The translations under genes and the position numbers were made by a program. Shown here in pieces: positions 13,662-27,637 of a stretch of DNA of 64,000 nucleotides; the first letter of the stretch is position 1; every line of letters starts with the position of its first letter. The notes beneath the pieces are model-generated. The model searched no databases. It was not told the DNA's origin and saw only the letters and a program-made list of their open reading frames with translations. The stretch lies in NCBI GenBank assembly GCA_001643675.2, contig LSRY02000041.1:620001-684000 (forward strand). Reading direction: 5' to 3'. This DNA comes from Monocercomonoides exilis PA203. Lineage: Eukaryota > Protista > Preaxostyla.

Positions 13662-14476
13662 AACACCATTTATTATTCAAATTTGGTAGACTAATTATTC
13701 GTAATTATTAAACTTATAATTCAAAATTGGTCAATGAATTATTTAAAATTCATAAAATTTGGTATTTTCAAAAAATATTTTTTTGTGAAAAATTGGTTTT
13801 TGGCTGAGTATCAGAAAATATTGACAATATTATTTTCACTCAATATTCGAAATATAGATGAGAATTTGAAGCCAGATTTTTATTATTTGTGAACAAACAT
13901 GAAAATTTCTGATTTTTCAGAAAAAAATCATCATCATGGAAATAGGATAATTTTTGAATTATTTCGCCTTTCATCGATGAATAATGCATCATTCAACAAA
14001 GAAAAGTTTCATAAATTAAAGTTTATTCAGATAATCAATAAAAAACAAATAAAGAATTCCGAAAGAGCGTTTGTGGATTTATTCTGTTCTGTTAAATATT
14101 TGTATTCAGTTTGTATCATTGATGCAAACAACTTTTTTTGATTGAATAAAACAATATTTATTGATGTGATGAGAAATAATTCAAAATTTATTCTATTTCC
14201 ATGATGATGATTTTTTTCTGAAAAATCAGAAATTTTCATGTTTGTTCACAAATAATAAAAATCTGGCTTCAAATTCTCATCTATATTTCGAATATTGAGT
14301 GAAAATAATATTGTCAATATTTTCTGATACTCAGCCAAAAACCAATTTTTCACAAAAAAATATTTTTTGAAAATACCAAATTTTATGAATTTTAAATAAT
14401 TCATTGACCAATTTTGAATTATAAGTTTAATAATTACGAATAATTAGTCTACCAAATTTGAATAATAAATGGTGTT
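13662..14476. mobile_element. 815-bp non-coding foldback / MITE-like element with long terminal inverted repeats
   Basis: 13662-13945 is the apparently perfect reverse complement of 14193-14476 (284 bp). Imperfect pairing continues about 60 bp inward, leaving a ~120-bp loop. Degenerate 22-bp subterminal tandem repeats are present. No TSD recognised. Confidence 0.8.
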
Positions 14477-14829
14477 ATCGAGAAGATTAAAAATTGAGTC
14501 AATTATTGTTGACTTTTAACCAAAACTTGTTGTTGTTATTATTGAAGAATTACTTTTTGACATTCATAAACAATAATTTTTTCAAAATTTGTTGAAAAAC
14601 TATTAAAAACACAAACTGTTTGAATCTTATATATGTGAGACATTTCAATTGACATATATTCGTAAATGCTTTTGTGTGCATTTCTCATTGCTTATTACTA
14701 TTCTTTACCTGAATTTTTGTACATGATAAAACGCTCTCATTTTTTACTAATGTTTTTTGAAAAATTATTTGTTCCCTTAATAAATGTTGAAAAACAACAA
14801 ATTATCATTATATCAATTTGGTGATATAG

Positions 14830-17800
14830 ATGAGATTAACAGTTATGTTTTTTACAGTTCTCGCATGTAATTATGTATTGAATGTGGAAACAAATAAGTA
14901 TTTGGTCAAACAGCAATATGATGAAGAGTGCGAAAGCGAGAAAATATTTGTTCATCCTCAGGTACACAGATATCTCAAAAATTCATCAGAGCATAAAATA
15001 TATTACAATAATTTATTGCAGCACATGAACACTTTCCAACCGAGCATCAGCATTGGAAACACGGAAATTGAAGGAAAATACGAAAAACACAATTTGCAGC
15101 CAGATCAAAAGGAAAACAAAAGATATTATCTGACTTTTGCACCAGAAATATCAAGAGATTATCAGATGCACCTTTTTAAAGAAATGTTGAAAGATCATAT
15201 TAAAAGCGAGATTGAGGGATGTGTTTGTGCATTAAACTCGTCTATTGAATTGAAAGGGATTGGGCTGATGGGAGGCGAGTGTGGGAGTGTGATATGTGGA
15301 AGGAAATGGAGTGTGGTTGTGGTGAGGGGTTGCGTTGTGGTGATGGGGAAGGATGTTGAGGCAGGGGCATTTGATCTTAGTGGGAGCATTGGGGTGTTGA
15401 CAAACATCACATTGAAAGGGTGGAGAAGAGGGGGAGAGATCTATTCAGGCAGGCTGTTTGGAGGGAAGGGATATGGAGGGGAGAAGGGTGGTGGTGAAGA
15501 AAAAGGAGGAGAAGGAGGAGAAAGAGGAAGAGGCAGAGGCAGAAAAGGAGAAGGAGATGGAGAAGGCATCGAAGGGGGTATTTCGGTGAGTGAATCACAC
15601 TTCTCTTCTTTTTGTGTCTCATCAGCCCCATTCCTCTCATCCCCTTCAATACCCCTTGTATCCCTCTCTCGCCTGACATTTTTCAATATTTCAACAGCAA
15701 ATGATGCATATTCACCTTCAACCACTACGTCAGTCCAAACCACATGTTTTATGAGCAGTTGCTCATTTTCATCAGTTTGCGACGCATATGATGGAGGGAT
15801 TGTTCCTTCCCTCAACAATCCCTTGGTCTCCTTGTCTGTTTCAAACACTTCATTCATTGGATGTTGTCGGACAAGAAATGTGAAATGTGAAGGAACTGCA
15901 GATGGAAAGTTGACTCCAGGGAGACAGAATGAAACATTCAATGGAGCAAATTCATTTATTTGGTGTGAATGGGATAGATCTAGGACAACTGGATCAAGTG
16001 AATCTGTTTCAGACAGAATTTCTAGTGGCGGGGCCATCTGCATGTCTGATTTGGGAAATGCAACGCTTTCAGTTTCTCATTGTTCTTTCAATGGATGCAT
16101 TGCTTATTATGGAGGAGGGGGAATTTTGTGTTCGAATATTAAAAGCGTTGAAATTGAGAACAATTCGTTTAATTTATGTTCTGCACAAGTTAATTTAGGA
16201 GGAGGGATGTGCATTTATTCAATTTTTTCATGTACTCGAATCAGTGGTTGTGCTTTTGATAAATGCTCCGCTTTCAGAGCGGGAGGGGGACTTGATCTTG
16301 AAAACTTTCAGATTTCAGAACCAGGATGTGTGGAAGCAGAAAGTGGTGAAGGGGAGAGTTCGTGTGTATTTGACTGCTGTTTTTCTTCGTGCTCTCTGAT
16401 AAGTGCAAGCGGTGGAGGAATGTATTGTTACAATGCACCAACTCAATTAAAATTGAGAAATATCCAGTTTTTTTTCTGTACAGCAACTTCGCAAGGAGGA
16501 GGCTTGTTTTTGAGACCAGAAAAACAGATTGGAGCAAATAATATGATCTACTGTTATTTTTTGTTCTTTCATGAATGTGAATATTCAGAATATCCTCAAT
16601 ATGGCAACGACGTGATTTTTTTGGATAAATATAATCTCTATCTGAATTCTGGAAATCCATTCAAAGAATGTTACACCACAAATAGCGATGATAAGAGATT
16701 GTGCTACGCATATAATTTATCGAATTCAGGGAGTTGGGTGTACGATCAAACATCAAAAAAGGATTGGCTGAAAGGCAAAACGATTTATGTGTCAGTGAGC
16801 GGAAATGATGGATATGAGCAATGTGGGGCAAATGAAACATTTCCGTGTTTGACAGTGAAGAAGGCGTTTGAGATGTGTGAGATACAAATTAGTTTGGAGA
16901 TCACGCTTATGGAAGGGAATCATCAAAGTGAGGCAACAACAGTTGAGATTGGGGAAAAGAAGATTTCAGTCATTGGAACAGGCAAAGATAAGAGTTCGAT
17001 CGAAATAGGAGCCCTTTTATCAGCTGGAGTGCTGTTCAGTGTGTCAACAGGCCAACTTGGTTTATTGCACATGAAGATTGATTGCAACTCAAATTCAAGT
17101 CCTTCTCCGAGTGTGGTTGTGGTGTCTGATGGGAGTGGGTCACTCTCATTGGAGGATGTTGTGATCACCACGAGTAAAACAGGAGACTATGTGATGTCTT
17201 CGTCAGTGTTTGTGGTGGCGCTGTCACAGCTGTCGATGGTTGATGTGGAGATCAAAGATGTGAATGTCTCAAAACCATTGTTCTCTGATCCGAATCAATC
17301 TTCTCCTTCTTCATTTTCATCACCTTCATCTGCCCTGTTTCTGACAGCCACAACATCAGAAGAGAGTATGCTTGCGAACTTGTCTGTGAATAATGTGAAG
17401 TTGACAAGTGGAGATGGAGTGGTTGTGGCAAAGAGTGTGAAGGAAGGGGAGACATTTGTGGTCAAGAATGTGACAATCGAAGATTGTGAGCGTGAGAATG
17501 GCAATGGTGGTGGGGTCAAGGTCGATTTGTCATCACCTTCAAGCAAGTTTCAGGTTGAATTATCAACAACAATGAACAGATGCACAAGTGGCAAATATGG
17601 AGGAGGGATGATGCTATATCTGGCTGACAACTCGATTGACTTCTCGATTGTGTCAGTTGACTTTTCAGGGTGTTCTGCCTCATTGGGAGGGAATTATGTG
17701 TTTGTGAATGGGAGCAATTCAGCGAGCTGGGGAATAACAACAGAAAAGCTGGATGTCCAACATGACAGTTCAAAATACAATGAGATTGTGGGATATGATC

Positions 17801-20800
17801 GGAGTGACACAACAATGGGGCTGTTTCCACTGAATGTGTATTTGGATTCATATCCAGATGCAGTTCATGTGGGGAAGGGGAAGGATGGGGTGGGTGGATA
17901 CGACTCGTGGTTCTGTGGGTTTGACTATTATCCGTGTGCGACCATCACCCATGCAGCGCAGGTGAGATATCCAGGCACAAACAAGAAGATCGAATTGGAT
18001 TCAGGATATGAGCTTTGTGAGGCAGTTGGAATGACAGATGGCTGTGAATGGGAGATTTCCTGTGCGAGAAAAAGGATGGAAGTTGGGGTGAAAGCACCAG
18101 AGAATTCTGAGTCATCTTGTCTGATTGATGTTCAGAGCAAATGTTCAATGAGAAACATCAAGTTCTGTATTCCATCAGCTCTATCTGGTGCATCATCATC
18201 ATCTCTGATCACATCCAACTCCACACTCCTCACACTCATTGACTGTTCTATTGCTTGTTCATCTGAGAATCCCATTGGATATTGTTTTGTGAATGTGATT
18301 GGGGGAAAAGTGAAAGTGGAGGGATTGGTGATCACAGAGACCTTGAGATTTGGAGAGCATTCAGTGATTGAGTTTAGTGAAGGGGTGGAATCAGTTGTGT
18401 TTTGTGGATGTGAGGTGAACAACATTGAGAAGAGAAATGGAGATGGGGGATGGGTGAGTGGGGTGGTTGGAGCAGAAGGGGATGAGGGGAAGAATGGGAT
18501 AATTGTGATTGAATCGTGTGTTGTGAAGGGGTGCAGGTGTGTTGGTGGAAGAGGAGGAGGGATGAGTGTTGTTGTGAAGGGGGAAGGGAGTGTTGTTGTG
18601 AATGGGAGTTGTGTGATTGATGGGTGTGAGGCGAAGGGTTCAGAGGAGAGTTCAGAAGGGAGAAGTGAAGGGAGAAGTGAAGGGAGAGGGGGAGGGATGA
18701 TGATTGTGATGGAGAGCAGGGATGGTTCAATGAAAATGGAATCTGGAATTCAGAGTTTGTTTGGAGAGGATAACAAAGCTTCATATGAGAAGGATGTGTT
18801 TGTTGAATGTGGGAGTGGTGTGTTTTTGGAATCGAAAGTGAATGGGAGTTCATTTTCATTTTTTGATTTTGGTGTGATTCCATCAGATGTTGTGAAGTTG
18901 TGTGGGAGTGAGGATGGGAGAGAAGGGGAAGTGATTCCGCTGTTTGTGTATTTGTGTTCAATTGGAACAAAGCTGAGAGTTGATGGAAGAGGAGAGAGGG
19001 CACTGGATCAGAGCCATTGTGGGTTTGAGGAGTTTGGGTGCCTGACGATTGACTATTGTGTTGAGAAGAGAGCGAGCATCAATGTGAATGAAATTGAAGT
19101 TGCCTCAGAATCATGAATAAAGAGTGAAATGAAAGTGGTTTCATTTGGAGTGAGTGTTTCAGGGAAAGAAGAAGGGATGAGGGTGGTTGTGAGGGATGAA
19201 GGATTGATAAATCAAAACAACCTTATTGAGTGCACAAAATCATTTGAGATGAGATATTTGGCATTTGTGCTGAACGATGAGATGAATGGGAGGAGAAGTG
19301 GATTTATCCACTCTTCCTCATCATCATCAACTATCACAATAACCAGCTGTTCAATCTCATTTGCATATGACGATTTGATTGGATTCAATGTGATATGTGT
19401 TGATGGAGGAGGGTTGGTTGTTCATGGATTTATGATGGAAGGGGGAGTGAGAATGAGTGGGAAATCGCCAATTGTTGTTTTGAATGGAGTTGAATTGGAG
19501 ATGAATCACAGCCGAATGAGTGGAGTTGGAGTGACAGGTGGGAGTGGAGGAGGAGGAGGAGGATGTTTGAATGTGGAGATGGGTGTGAATGGGATTGTGA
19601 ATATTGAAGGATGCAATTTGTCATCAGTGTGTTCAGGAAGGAGTGGGATGAAAGGGGGAGGGATGAAGATATCAGTGGGGAAGGGAGGGATGTTGGAAAT
19701 GAAGAATGTGAAATATTCAGGATGTGAAGTGCCATCAGAGGATGTTGAGGAAAGAGGGAGAGGAATGGGAGGAGGGATGTTTGTGAAGCTGGCAGATGAG
19801 ATGGGAACATTTGTGATGGAAGGGATGGAATTTGAGGGATGTGATGGGTGGAAAGGGAAGAATGTGTTTGCTTCGGGATGGGATCTGAGCGAGGTTGTGA
19901 ACAAAGAGAACTTCAAATGGGAGATAAAGGAAGAGGAATTAGGATCATTGGATGAATTGTGCGGGTGGGAGAGGAAGACGACAGGAGAGGAGGGATATGT
20001 TATTCCATTGGTCGTTTATTTGTGGAGCAACTGGAGTGGGAATGGGTTTGTTTCGAGAGAGAAAGGAGGAGACTTCAGTGGGTGTGGGTTTTCTGAAGCA
20101 CCATGCTCATCGATTGACCACTTGATATCACTTCGATATCCAACACTTGGAGAAGGGGAAACACATATTGCCATTGTGGGATCAGGGTTGCTGAGCCATT
20201 CCGTTTCATTTTCATCATCAATTTCAGAGTCACCAAAAGTGGTGATTGAAGGGACAAAGAAAGGGACAGGGGTGACGATCAGTGATAATGAGGAAAATGA
20301 TCTGGATGATGGTTCAATGATATCCTCGAATGTGAGTCTGTCATTTGTGAATGTGTCATTCACCAAGCCAGCCATCACCACCCATCATGAAGTGTTGATT
20401 GAATCCTCTGGAGCAAACACATTATTGTCAGTTTCAGATTGTTCATTTGGGTCAGGGAGAGGGGCGGCAGAAAGTTTTGGATATTATGTGATGAGAGTGA
20501 ATGGGGGGAGTGTATTGATTGAGAGGTGTTCGTTGAGTTTGATTTCAGAGTTGAAAGGGTTGATTTCTTTCAGCTCAAGTGCAACCGAGGTGACTGTTCA
20601 GAATGTGAACATTTCATTTGTTGGAGTGGTTGAAAGAGGCCTGATTTCGATGATAGATGATAAAAACCAGATGAATGGAGAAAAGAAGGTTATTTCAAAT
20701 GGCAAAATACCAGTTTTGAGGATTGTTGGGTGTTTATTTTCCAATATAACAAACGAAAGAAATGGAGCGAGTGTCATTGATGTGGGATCATTTGAAGATG

Positions 20801-23800
20801 GAGTGGAGTGTGTGGTGGATGAGTGTTCGTTGTCGAGTTGCAAGAGTGGTTTGAGCGTTGAAGGAGGTGGGATGAGAGTGGGCTGAAGAGTGAAGAATCA
20901 GTGTTGAAAGTGAATGGGAGCTCATTTTCGATGTGCAAGTGCTCGAGTGAAACAGGGTTTGGAGGAGGGCTGTTCGTTGATGGGTCTGACCCACATGCAA
21001 ATTATGGAAATGAGAGTCAGATTCCGCATCTGAATTTCAAGATTGTGAATATCCTGTTTGTGATGAATGAGGCACATGTGGGGAAAGACATATTTGTCAG
21101 ATGCCACTCGATTGCTCATCAGATCAACGAAACACTGTTTGCGCTGAACTACAACCAGGAGTCACTGAACTCGAACAACTCGATCTGTGGGAGGGATGGT
21201 TGGAGCGAGGGAGATGTTGATCTGATTCCGCTGATCACATTCTATTATTCGGCACAGGTGTTTGTGAGTGGAAGAGGGAGTGATGGGAGGGGATGTGGAT
21301 CACAGAGCAGTGCATGTGCGAGCATCAACTGTGGGGTTGAGCACATACAAGAAGGGGTGATGAATGCGATTCTGATTGATGGGGAAGGGTTTGTGACAGA
21401 AGAATGTGTGATTGGAGATCTTGTTGTGAATTCATTGAAAAAGACACAGGCGATTGTGAGATTGAATTCCAAGATTGAGAAATCATTTGAGAAGGATTGC
21501 ATTATGGAGTTTATAAATGAAAGCACTGTGGAGAGGTGCTCATTCCAGTTTGAAGAGACATTTAAGTCAACTCACAGCTTCATCATGAAAGTGAGGAATG
21601 GAATGACGAAAATACAAGAATGTGAATTCTTCTCTTCTCAAACAACAACAGTTGAGTTCATGAAGTTGAACAGTTCAGTTGTGAGCGTGGAGAGTGGAGA
21701 GCTGAAGATATTTGATTCAACTTTCAGGGATTTGGATTCAACAACCGCAGTGCTTTTATTCAACAAAGAATCGAATGTGACAATTGATGAAGCAATTATT
21801 TCAAATATCGAATGTGAGGGAGATGTTGTGAGTGTTGGAGGGAAAGCGAAAGTGGAGATGAAAGAGATGGGAGTTGAGAATGTGACTGTGTTGTTGGAGG
21901 GGTGTGTGATTGAGATGGAAGATGCTGAGCAAGAGGTGAGTGCGCTGAACAGCTCATTTGGAAAGTGTGTGAATTTGGTTGATAAGGGAAGCATGATGCA
22001 GATCAGGAATTCCAAGAATGTGAGGGTTGAGATATGTGTGTTTGATGGAGAAAAAGAAATCGAGTTTATCAATGAAGAAGTTGAAAGAAAAAAAGAAGAG
22101 GGATTGTGCAAATGGAATGGGTCATTAGTTGGCGTTGAGAAGAGCAATGTGGAGATGAGGGAAACAACAATCAAAAACAGCAAAGTTGGGGGGTTGTGTG
22201 TGAGTGGAGGGAGTGTGAAGATTGAAAATGGAAAGTTTGAGAACAACAACCCATCAATTGAGGGATATCCATCATCTCGAAGGAATGCGATTTGTGAAGG
22301 GAATGGGGAATTGAATGTTGTGAGTGTGAAAGGGGGAGATGGATGGAAGTACAACTCATCATTGTGGATATTGGATGAGGGATGCGAATTGGGAGGGATA
22401 GCAACTGAAAGAGGATCATCATTTTTCATCCCTGTTTTGGAAGAGGTGAAGAATATTTCTCAGCCAAATGGAGATGCGGAGTTGATGATTGTGGGAAAGT
22501 TGCTTCTACCATGTGATTTGTCAGTGAAGATGAGCAAGAAAAATGGGGATGAGGAGGAGATTGTGAGAAAGGGAATTGAAGAAGAAGGGTTTGTGTCAGA
22601 GAATGAGATTCACTCAGTTATTTCATGTTCAGAACTGGAGAAAGTGAGAGAAGAGACAGAATTGAGTGTGTGGATTGTGTTTGGCAAAGGAGATTCACCA
22701 TCATCAACAGAGCGATTTATTGTGAAGAACAGTAGTGAAAGTGTTGGAAAAGGAGATGAAAGGATTGTTGAAGGAGAGAAAGAAGGGAAATCATCATGGG
22801 CTGTTTTTTGTCTGATATTTGTTGTTTTGTTTTTGATTGTTCTGATTGTTGCTGTTGTTCTAGCCGTTCGATGGAAGAAGGCAAAGAATGAAAACAAAGA
22901 TCTGAGAGAGATTGTGAATGACACAGTGAGGAAGGATCCGAAGGCGTTTGAGATGGTGACGATGGAGATGTCGCCAGAGGAGCAGTGGAGGAGAGCAGAA
23001 AGGGAGGCTGAGAAGAAGAACGAAGAGAGGATGAAGAAAAGAATAAATGGAAAGGAGATGGTGCATTCAGAATCTGAAGAGTACCTTCTATCTGAAAGTG
23101 GCTCCACTGAATATATATTGGGAAAAGATTCAGACAAGATTCCTGAATGGGCATTGGAAAAGGTGGATGAGGAAGAGATAAGGAAGAGAACACCATCACC
23201 ATCCATTTCATCTATCTCATCCACTTCAACAACTGATTCAGATTCGACATTTGTTCGTGGGGAGGATCTGTGTCCAACCACCTCATCAATGTCAAACCTG
23301 GTGGATGCGATGGCCTGTTCGTCTCCTCATGAGAAGCTGATTGTGGACTTGAGGGATTCGCTGTTCATGCTGCTTCATGGGAGGAATGAGAAGAAGGAAA
23401 TGGATATTGGCAGCCTTGAACAAAGAGAGATTACAGCTGCGCAGGTATTGTTCTGGGTGGCTAATCTGGCGCTCCACTCGTTTGATGAGATGGAAAATGG
23501 ATTATCATCTCTTTCCACTCTGAATCCTCACATTGTTCTCTTCTCAGAGCACATGGTGATCTGCATTGCAATGCATTCAGACTTCTCTTCTGATGATTCA
23601 GATTCCTCATCCATCTCTTCATTGAGCATTGTTTCTTCTTCCTCGAATATTTCAGTGATGAGCGAGAGATTCACAGACTCGCCTCCGCCCTCGTCTGCGT
23701 TTGAGGATGAGAATGATTTCAAAAAAGAGTGCTTGAGGTGGAAGGCGCCGGAGCTGTTGATCAACAAGAAGATGGGTGCAACAAAGGAGTCAGTTTCGTT

Positions 23801-24176
23801 CTCGATTGGGATGATGCTGTGGGAGTGCTTGACACTGGATATCCCGTTTGGGGAGTATGATGCGGAGACAGCAGGGCAGAAGATTGTGAATGGGGAAAGG
23901 CCGAGCATGAGCAAAGTGGAGGGATGTCGTCTGAAGGGAATGGTGGAGAAAAGTGTCATGGTGCAGAGGCCAGACAGAATAACGCTTTGGGAGATGAAGA
24001 GAGAGTTGATTAAATTGTTTCCAGCAAATGCAGCGATGGTGACAGTGACAGATGCGCTGTGCTATGCAGGCAGAAAGAGCGAGGCGAGACACGAAAGCCG
24101 TGTTCGAAGTGGCAGCAGAATAGTGGAGTGTGTTTTAATTGATGAGCACAAAGACATTATTATTGTTGGTAATTAG
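14830..24176 (+). pseudogene. Giant receptor-like surface protein gene (signal peptide, Cys/GGG-rich beta-helix-like ectodomain, one TM, kinase-like tail), interrupted
   Basis: ORFs 14830..19116, 19129..20886 and 20901..24176 are one gene broken by an in-frame TGA (19114-19116) and a 1-nt frameshift near 20881. GGAI/GGG plus Cys repeats, TM AVFCLIFVVLFLIVLIVAVVLAV, and LRWKAPELL / FSIGMMLWECLTLDIPF motifs. Confidence 0.8.
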
Positions 24177-25973
24177 AACAGCCCAAACAACAAAAGCGAG
24201 AGAAATTGAAAAGACGATTTCGATAAAAATGTAATGTGTATGCATGCATGTATGTATGTTTGTATGCATTTTATAAATAAATCATTTATGGACGAACACT
24301 GAAGCAGTGATGGTTCATTTGTTGCATATTTTTGTGTGTCTGATTGTGAACACACTCTCTTGATTTATTGGAAAGATCGTTTGCTTATATTGGCTCATAT
24401 GATGCTTATGATTGATGAGCAAAGTGTGGAAATGAACAAGTTTCCGCTTTCAGTTAATGAGTTGAGAGGCTATTTTCAAAATCATTTATGTGTGGATATT
24501 TATCGAATTAAGTTTTTTTTTTTAAAAAAGAAAATAAAAAATTAGATTGACTTTTATTTCTTTTTTTTTTATTTGGATTTTGTGTTTCTTATTTGAATGA
24601 TTTTTTTTTCGAATTAAACTTGTTTGTTTCACGAATTTATATGTAATTAAAAAGCCAAGTTTTTATTTCTATTTGTGTATGTATGCTGATTATCATCCTT
24701 GGCCATTAAAAAAAGACACTTTCTGTATTTTCATCCTCATAGCATTATGAATGTTTGCAGTCATTTTGAATGGATGGGTATTTTCATTAAGACATTACGC
24801 ATCAAACTTCATGTTTTTGTTTGTTTGTTTATTTAAGCAAGATTTATGAAAAGGGACGGGGTGATTTTTTTGTCAGGACAAAAAAAAATTTTTTTAAATC
24901 AGGATAAAATTAAAAAATCGTGTAACACGGCAAGTTTTCGAATTAAAATTGCAGTAACCTCTATGGTCGTATCTCGATATCTGTTGCATCCATTCATACA
25001 TTAAAAATAAAACTCAACACTTTTATTAATTTTAAAAGGAAATAATATGTTGATTGTTTAAGGACTCCGTTTTTGTTCAATTATTCTATTTTTTATGAAG
25101 CATCTTGATTCGACTTTTATTGATAAATCTAATGATTTCTGTGTAATAAGAAGTTCTTGTTGTTTTTTCATCTTCAACAATTTGTTTATTTTTTTTTCCC
25201 TTTTTTTCGGATAGAATCGGAAATAATCCTCTTCGAAAGAACACAGTCAACAAAATCACTTCTAAAATTATTTATGAAAAGTTCAGGGGCTTTTCTCTTC
25301 AATTGTCACAAACAATTGCAAAAATAAAACAGTATGGCAAGTTGCAACTTTGCATTACATTCAGAAACTCATTTGTTTTTTGGATTATTTTGGATAAAAT
25401 GTTTATCTTTTTGTTTTCATTTTTAATCTTGTCATGGGCGAATTTTTCTTTTTTTTTTTTGCAATTCATGTATTTTCCATGAATCATATCAAAAGCTCGA
25501 AAATATACCAATTACCCCAATTATTATTCAAAATTGTTAAACTTATTATTCGAAATTAGTTTTTTTGAGTGTTATTGAATTTGAAATTTGTTGAGTCAAC
25601 CTGGTTATTGGCTGAATGTGTGAAAGAGAACATAGTTAGTTTCATATGGGTTGTTATTTTTGAAATCATAACTTTTTTCGGTGAGATATTTTTTCAAAAA
25701 TTGTTTGACTGTGAAAAAATTTTGTATACAAATTGAAAATTTATAACAACTGTTGGAAAAAAAGATGCTTTTGCTCAAATAAAGATGATGATGTCTTTTA
25801 AAGAACTTTTTTAACTTTTCAATGAACTTTTGTTAAAATTCAAAATAAATTTTCGAACAGAAAATTTTCGAATGAAAAAATATGATTTCAAAAATAATCA
25901 CACATATGTGTGATTATTCGCAATGTTGCTAATCTTCAAACGCAAGGAGCAGATTTGCTCCTCAACAATGAGT
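22383..25973. repeat. Left arm of the ~3.3-kb inverted duplication (contains an extra 260 bp at 25647-25906)
   Basis: Reverse complement of 31210-34542; mirrored ORFs 24173..24355 / 32570..32752 and 22610..23281 / 33644..34315 translate identically. Confidence 0.97.
25647..25904. mobile_element. 258-bp MITE-like element with imperfect TIRs, flanked by TA within CATATG
   Basis: Left end TGGGTTGTTATTTTTGAAATCATA versus reverse complement of right end TGTGTGATTATTTTTGAAATCATA (21/24). It is cleanly absent at the equivalent site of the right arm (31275-31280). Confidence 0.75.
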
Positions 25974-26006
25974 TCTGAAATCCCTCACTCTTTTTATCTC
26001 CTCTGA

Positions 26007-27637
26007 TCAAAAACCCTCCTGCCTAGCACGCTCTAGTGCGGCGGATGAGTTGAGAGCGTGCGGCTGATGGTGCGGAACTCCTGCTCTATACCCTCTCTCT
26101 CTCTTGGGATATCTTTGAGGAGACATCAGTCTGGCCCTTGCCTCTTCAGTGTCATTACCTATCTGTCCAATACTTCTTCCGCTACGCCTCTTCCGATCTT
26201 TGCCTCTCTTCTTCAGCAGAGTTGTGTCCTTTACTCCAGTCAGCTCACTGATGTGACTGGGGATTATGGAGGGTGTCTTCTGGCGACTCGGTTGTCGGGA
26301 TGCTGAGTTTCGTGGCTTAGCCGTCTCACCTCTGTTTTCTTCTCCACTCGGCAGTTTCTTTCTTCCTCTTGATCGCTTTCTCGTAAGCTTCTTCCCTATC
26401 TCAGATCCCGCTTTGGGTAATTCCTCTGTGCGATCTTTCATATCTGCATCTGCTATCTCCAGCGTCCCCTCCTTCGTGTCTCCGCTCCTATCTGTCTTAT
26501 AATCTTCTCCCCTCTGGAGTACTGATCCACATATTGTCTCCAGGATCCAATTTGTGTCCTGTACCAGAAACACGGTATAGTATTCCTGGGCCACTCTCGA
26601 ACCAGGTGCCCATCTCGCATACGCATTGATCGCCTTCCAGTCCGCTCCTTCTCGTCTTGCTAAGTGTGAAATCACTGCGTATCTTATAGAGTACTCGTTG
26701 AAAGTTTCGGGAATTTCGTTCTCTCTCAAAATAGCAGTTAGTTCTTCTTTGATCTTCTGTAGGTTAGCGGGCCTACTCCCTTCTATGTCGAACCACACAT
26801 GTTCACTCTGAAACGTCGTCTTTGTATAATCCATCCAGCGTTGGAGCGCCTCCACTGCATAGATACGTGGATTTGGACGTTTATTTATTATTACTATGAA
26901 AACCTCACCTCCAGACGTCTTGATTCGAACTTGTGTCTGTTCTTTATTTTTTTTAAACATCGTTGTCTCTCTTCTCATTCTTTCCAGCTCTGCTGGCCTT
27001 GAAGCACCGAAAATCATGGTCAGGATGAGAGCTCTCCTTTAGAGGGTCTGTGGGTCCGTCATCTCATGGGTGGCTTCTGCCCATTTGGTGATAATTGTAA
27101 AATCCCACTTTGGTTTACATCATTTGCCCTTTCTCGGCTTCTCTCCCATATCGGTTCTTTGAAATATCTCTATATCCTTAATTCCATTTTCATCTTCTAA
27201 AAAAGGTTAATGGAATCCAGTTCTTTCCGTACTGTCTGATGAATCAATCCACTTGAGAGGTTCGTATTTGAAAGTGTTTCAGTGAACTTTGCCATAATCC
27301 ATTTAGCATCTTTGGTTGTGATGGGAACGGTGTCATCCATGCTCTCCCAATCAAGGAATTGTTTGAATCTTCGCAGTGCTCTCCACGTATATCTTTCCCT
27401 CTTCTGGTTTTTCAGTATTGCTGCTGCTATGTCTTTTTCTCCCACTTATTCTCCCAATGTTTGGAAGAGGTCCCTTCCTTGTATATTCTCTTCTCCAGTG
27501 TGACGCATATCACCTCTCCTGGGGGTAGTTTCCAGCCTTCCCTCCTCATCCTGGCTCCCTGAATCATGCACTCCTGAAAGGTCCCCAGGGTCTTTATCAA
27601 ATGCCCAGGCTGCAGAAGCGGGGTCCAGGTCTGCCAC
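26007..27637 (-). pseudogene. Tyrosine recombinase of the DIRS-like element
   Basis: GASRPAEL (catalytic R), YSIRYA (HxxR box) and ARWAPGSRVAQEYY (W...catalytic Y). The catalytic domain is open in 26007..27017; the upstream part is broken by stops and frameshifts. Confidence 0.85.

Noticed and set aside
13670-13757. 22-bp tandem units as a CRISPR-like array
   Set aside because: Degenerate and contiguous with no unique spacers or cas genes, in a eukaryotic context.
13899-14239. Mirrored ORFs starting MKISDFSEKNHHHG
   Set aside because: By-product of the inverted repeat; no coding signal.
19114-19116. In-frame TGA as selenocysteine
   Set aside because: The context looks like a Ser position (TCA to TGA), not a redox Cys. 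No SECIS could be identified and a frameshift follows downstream.
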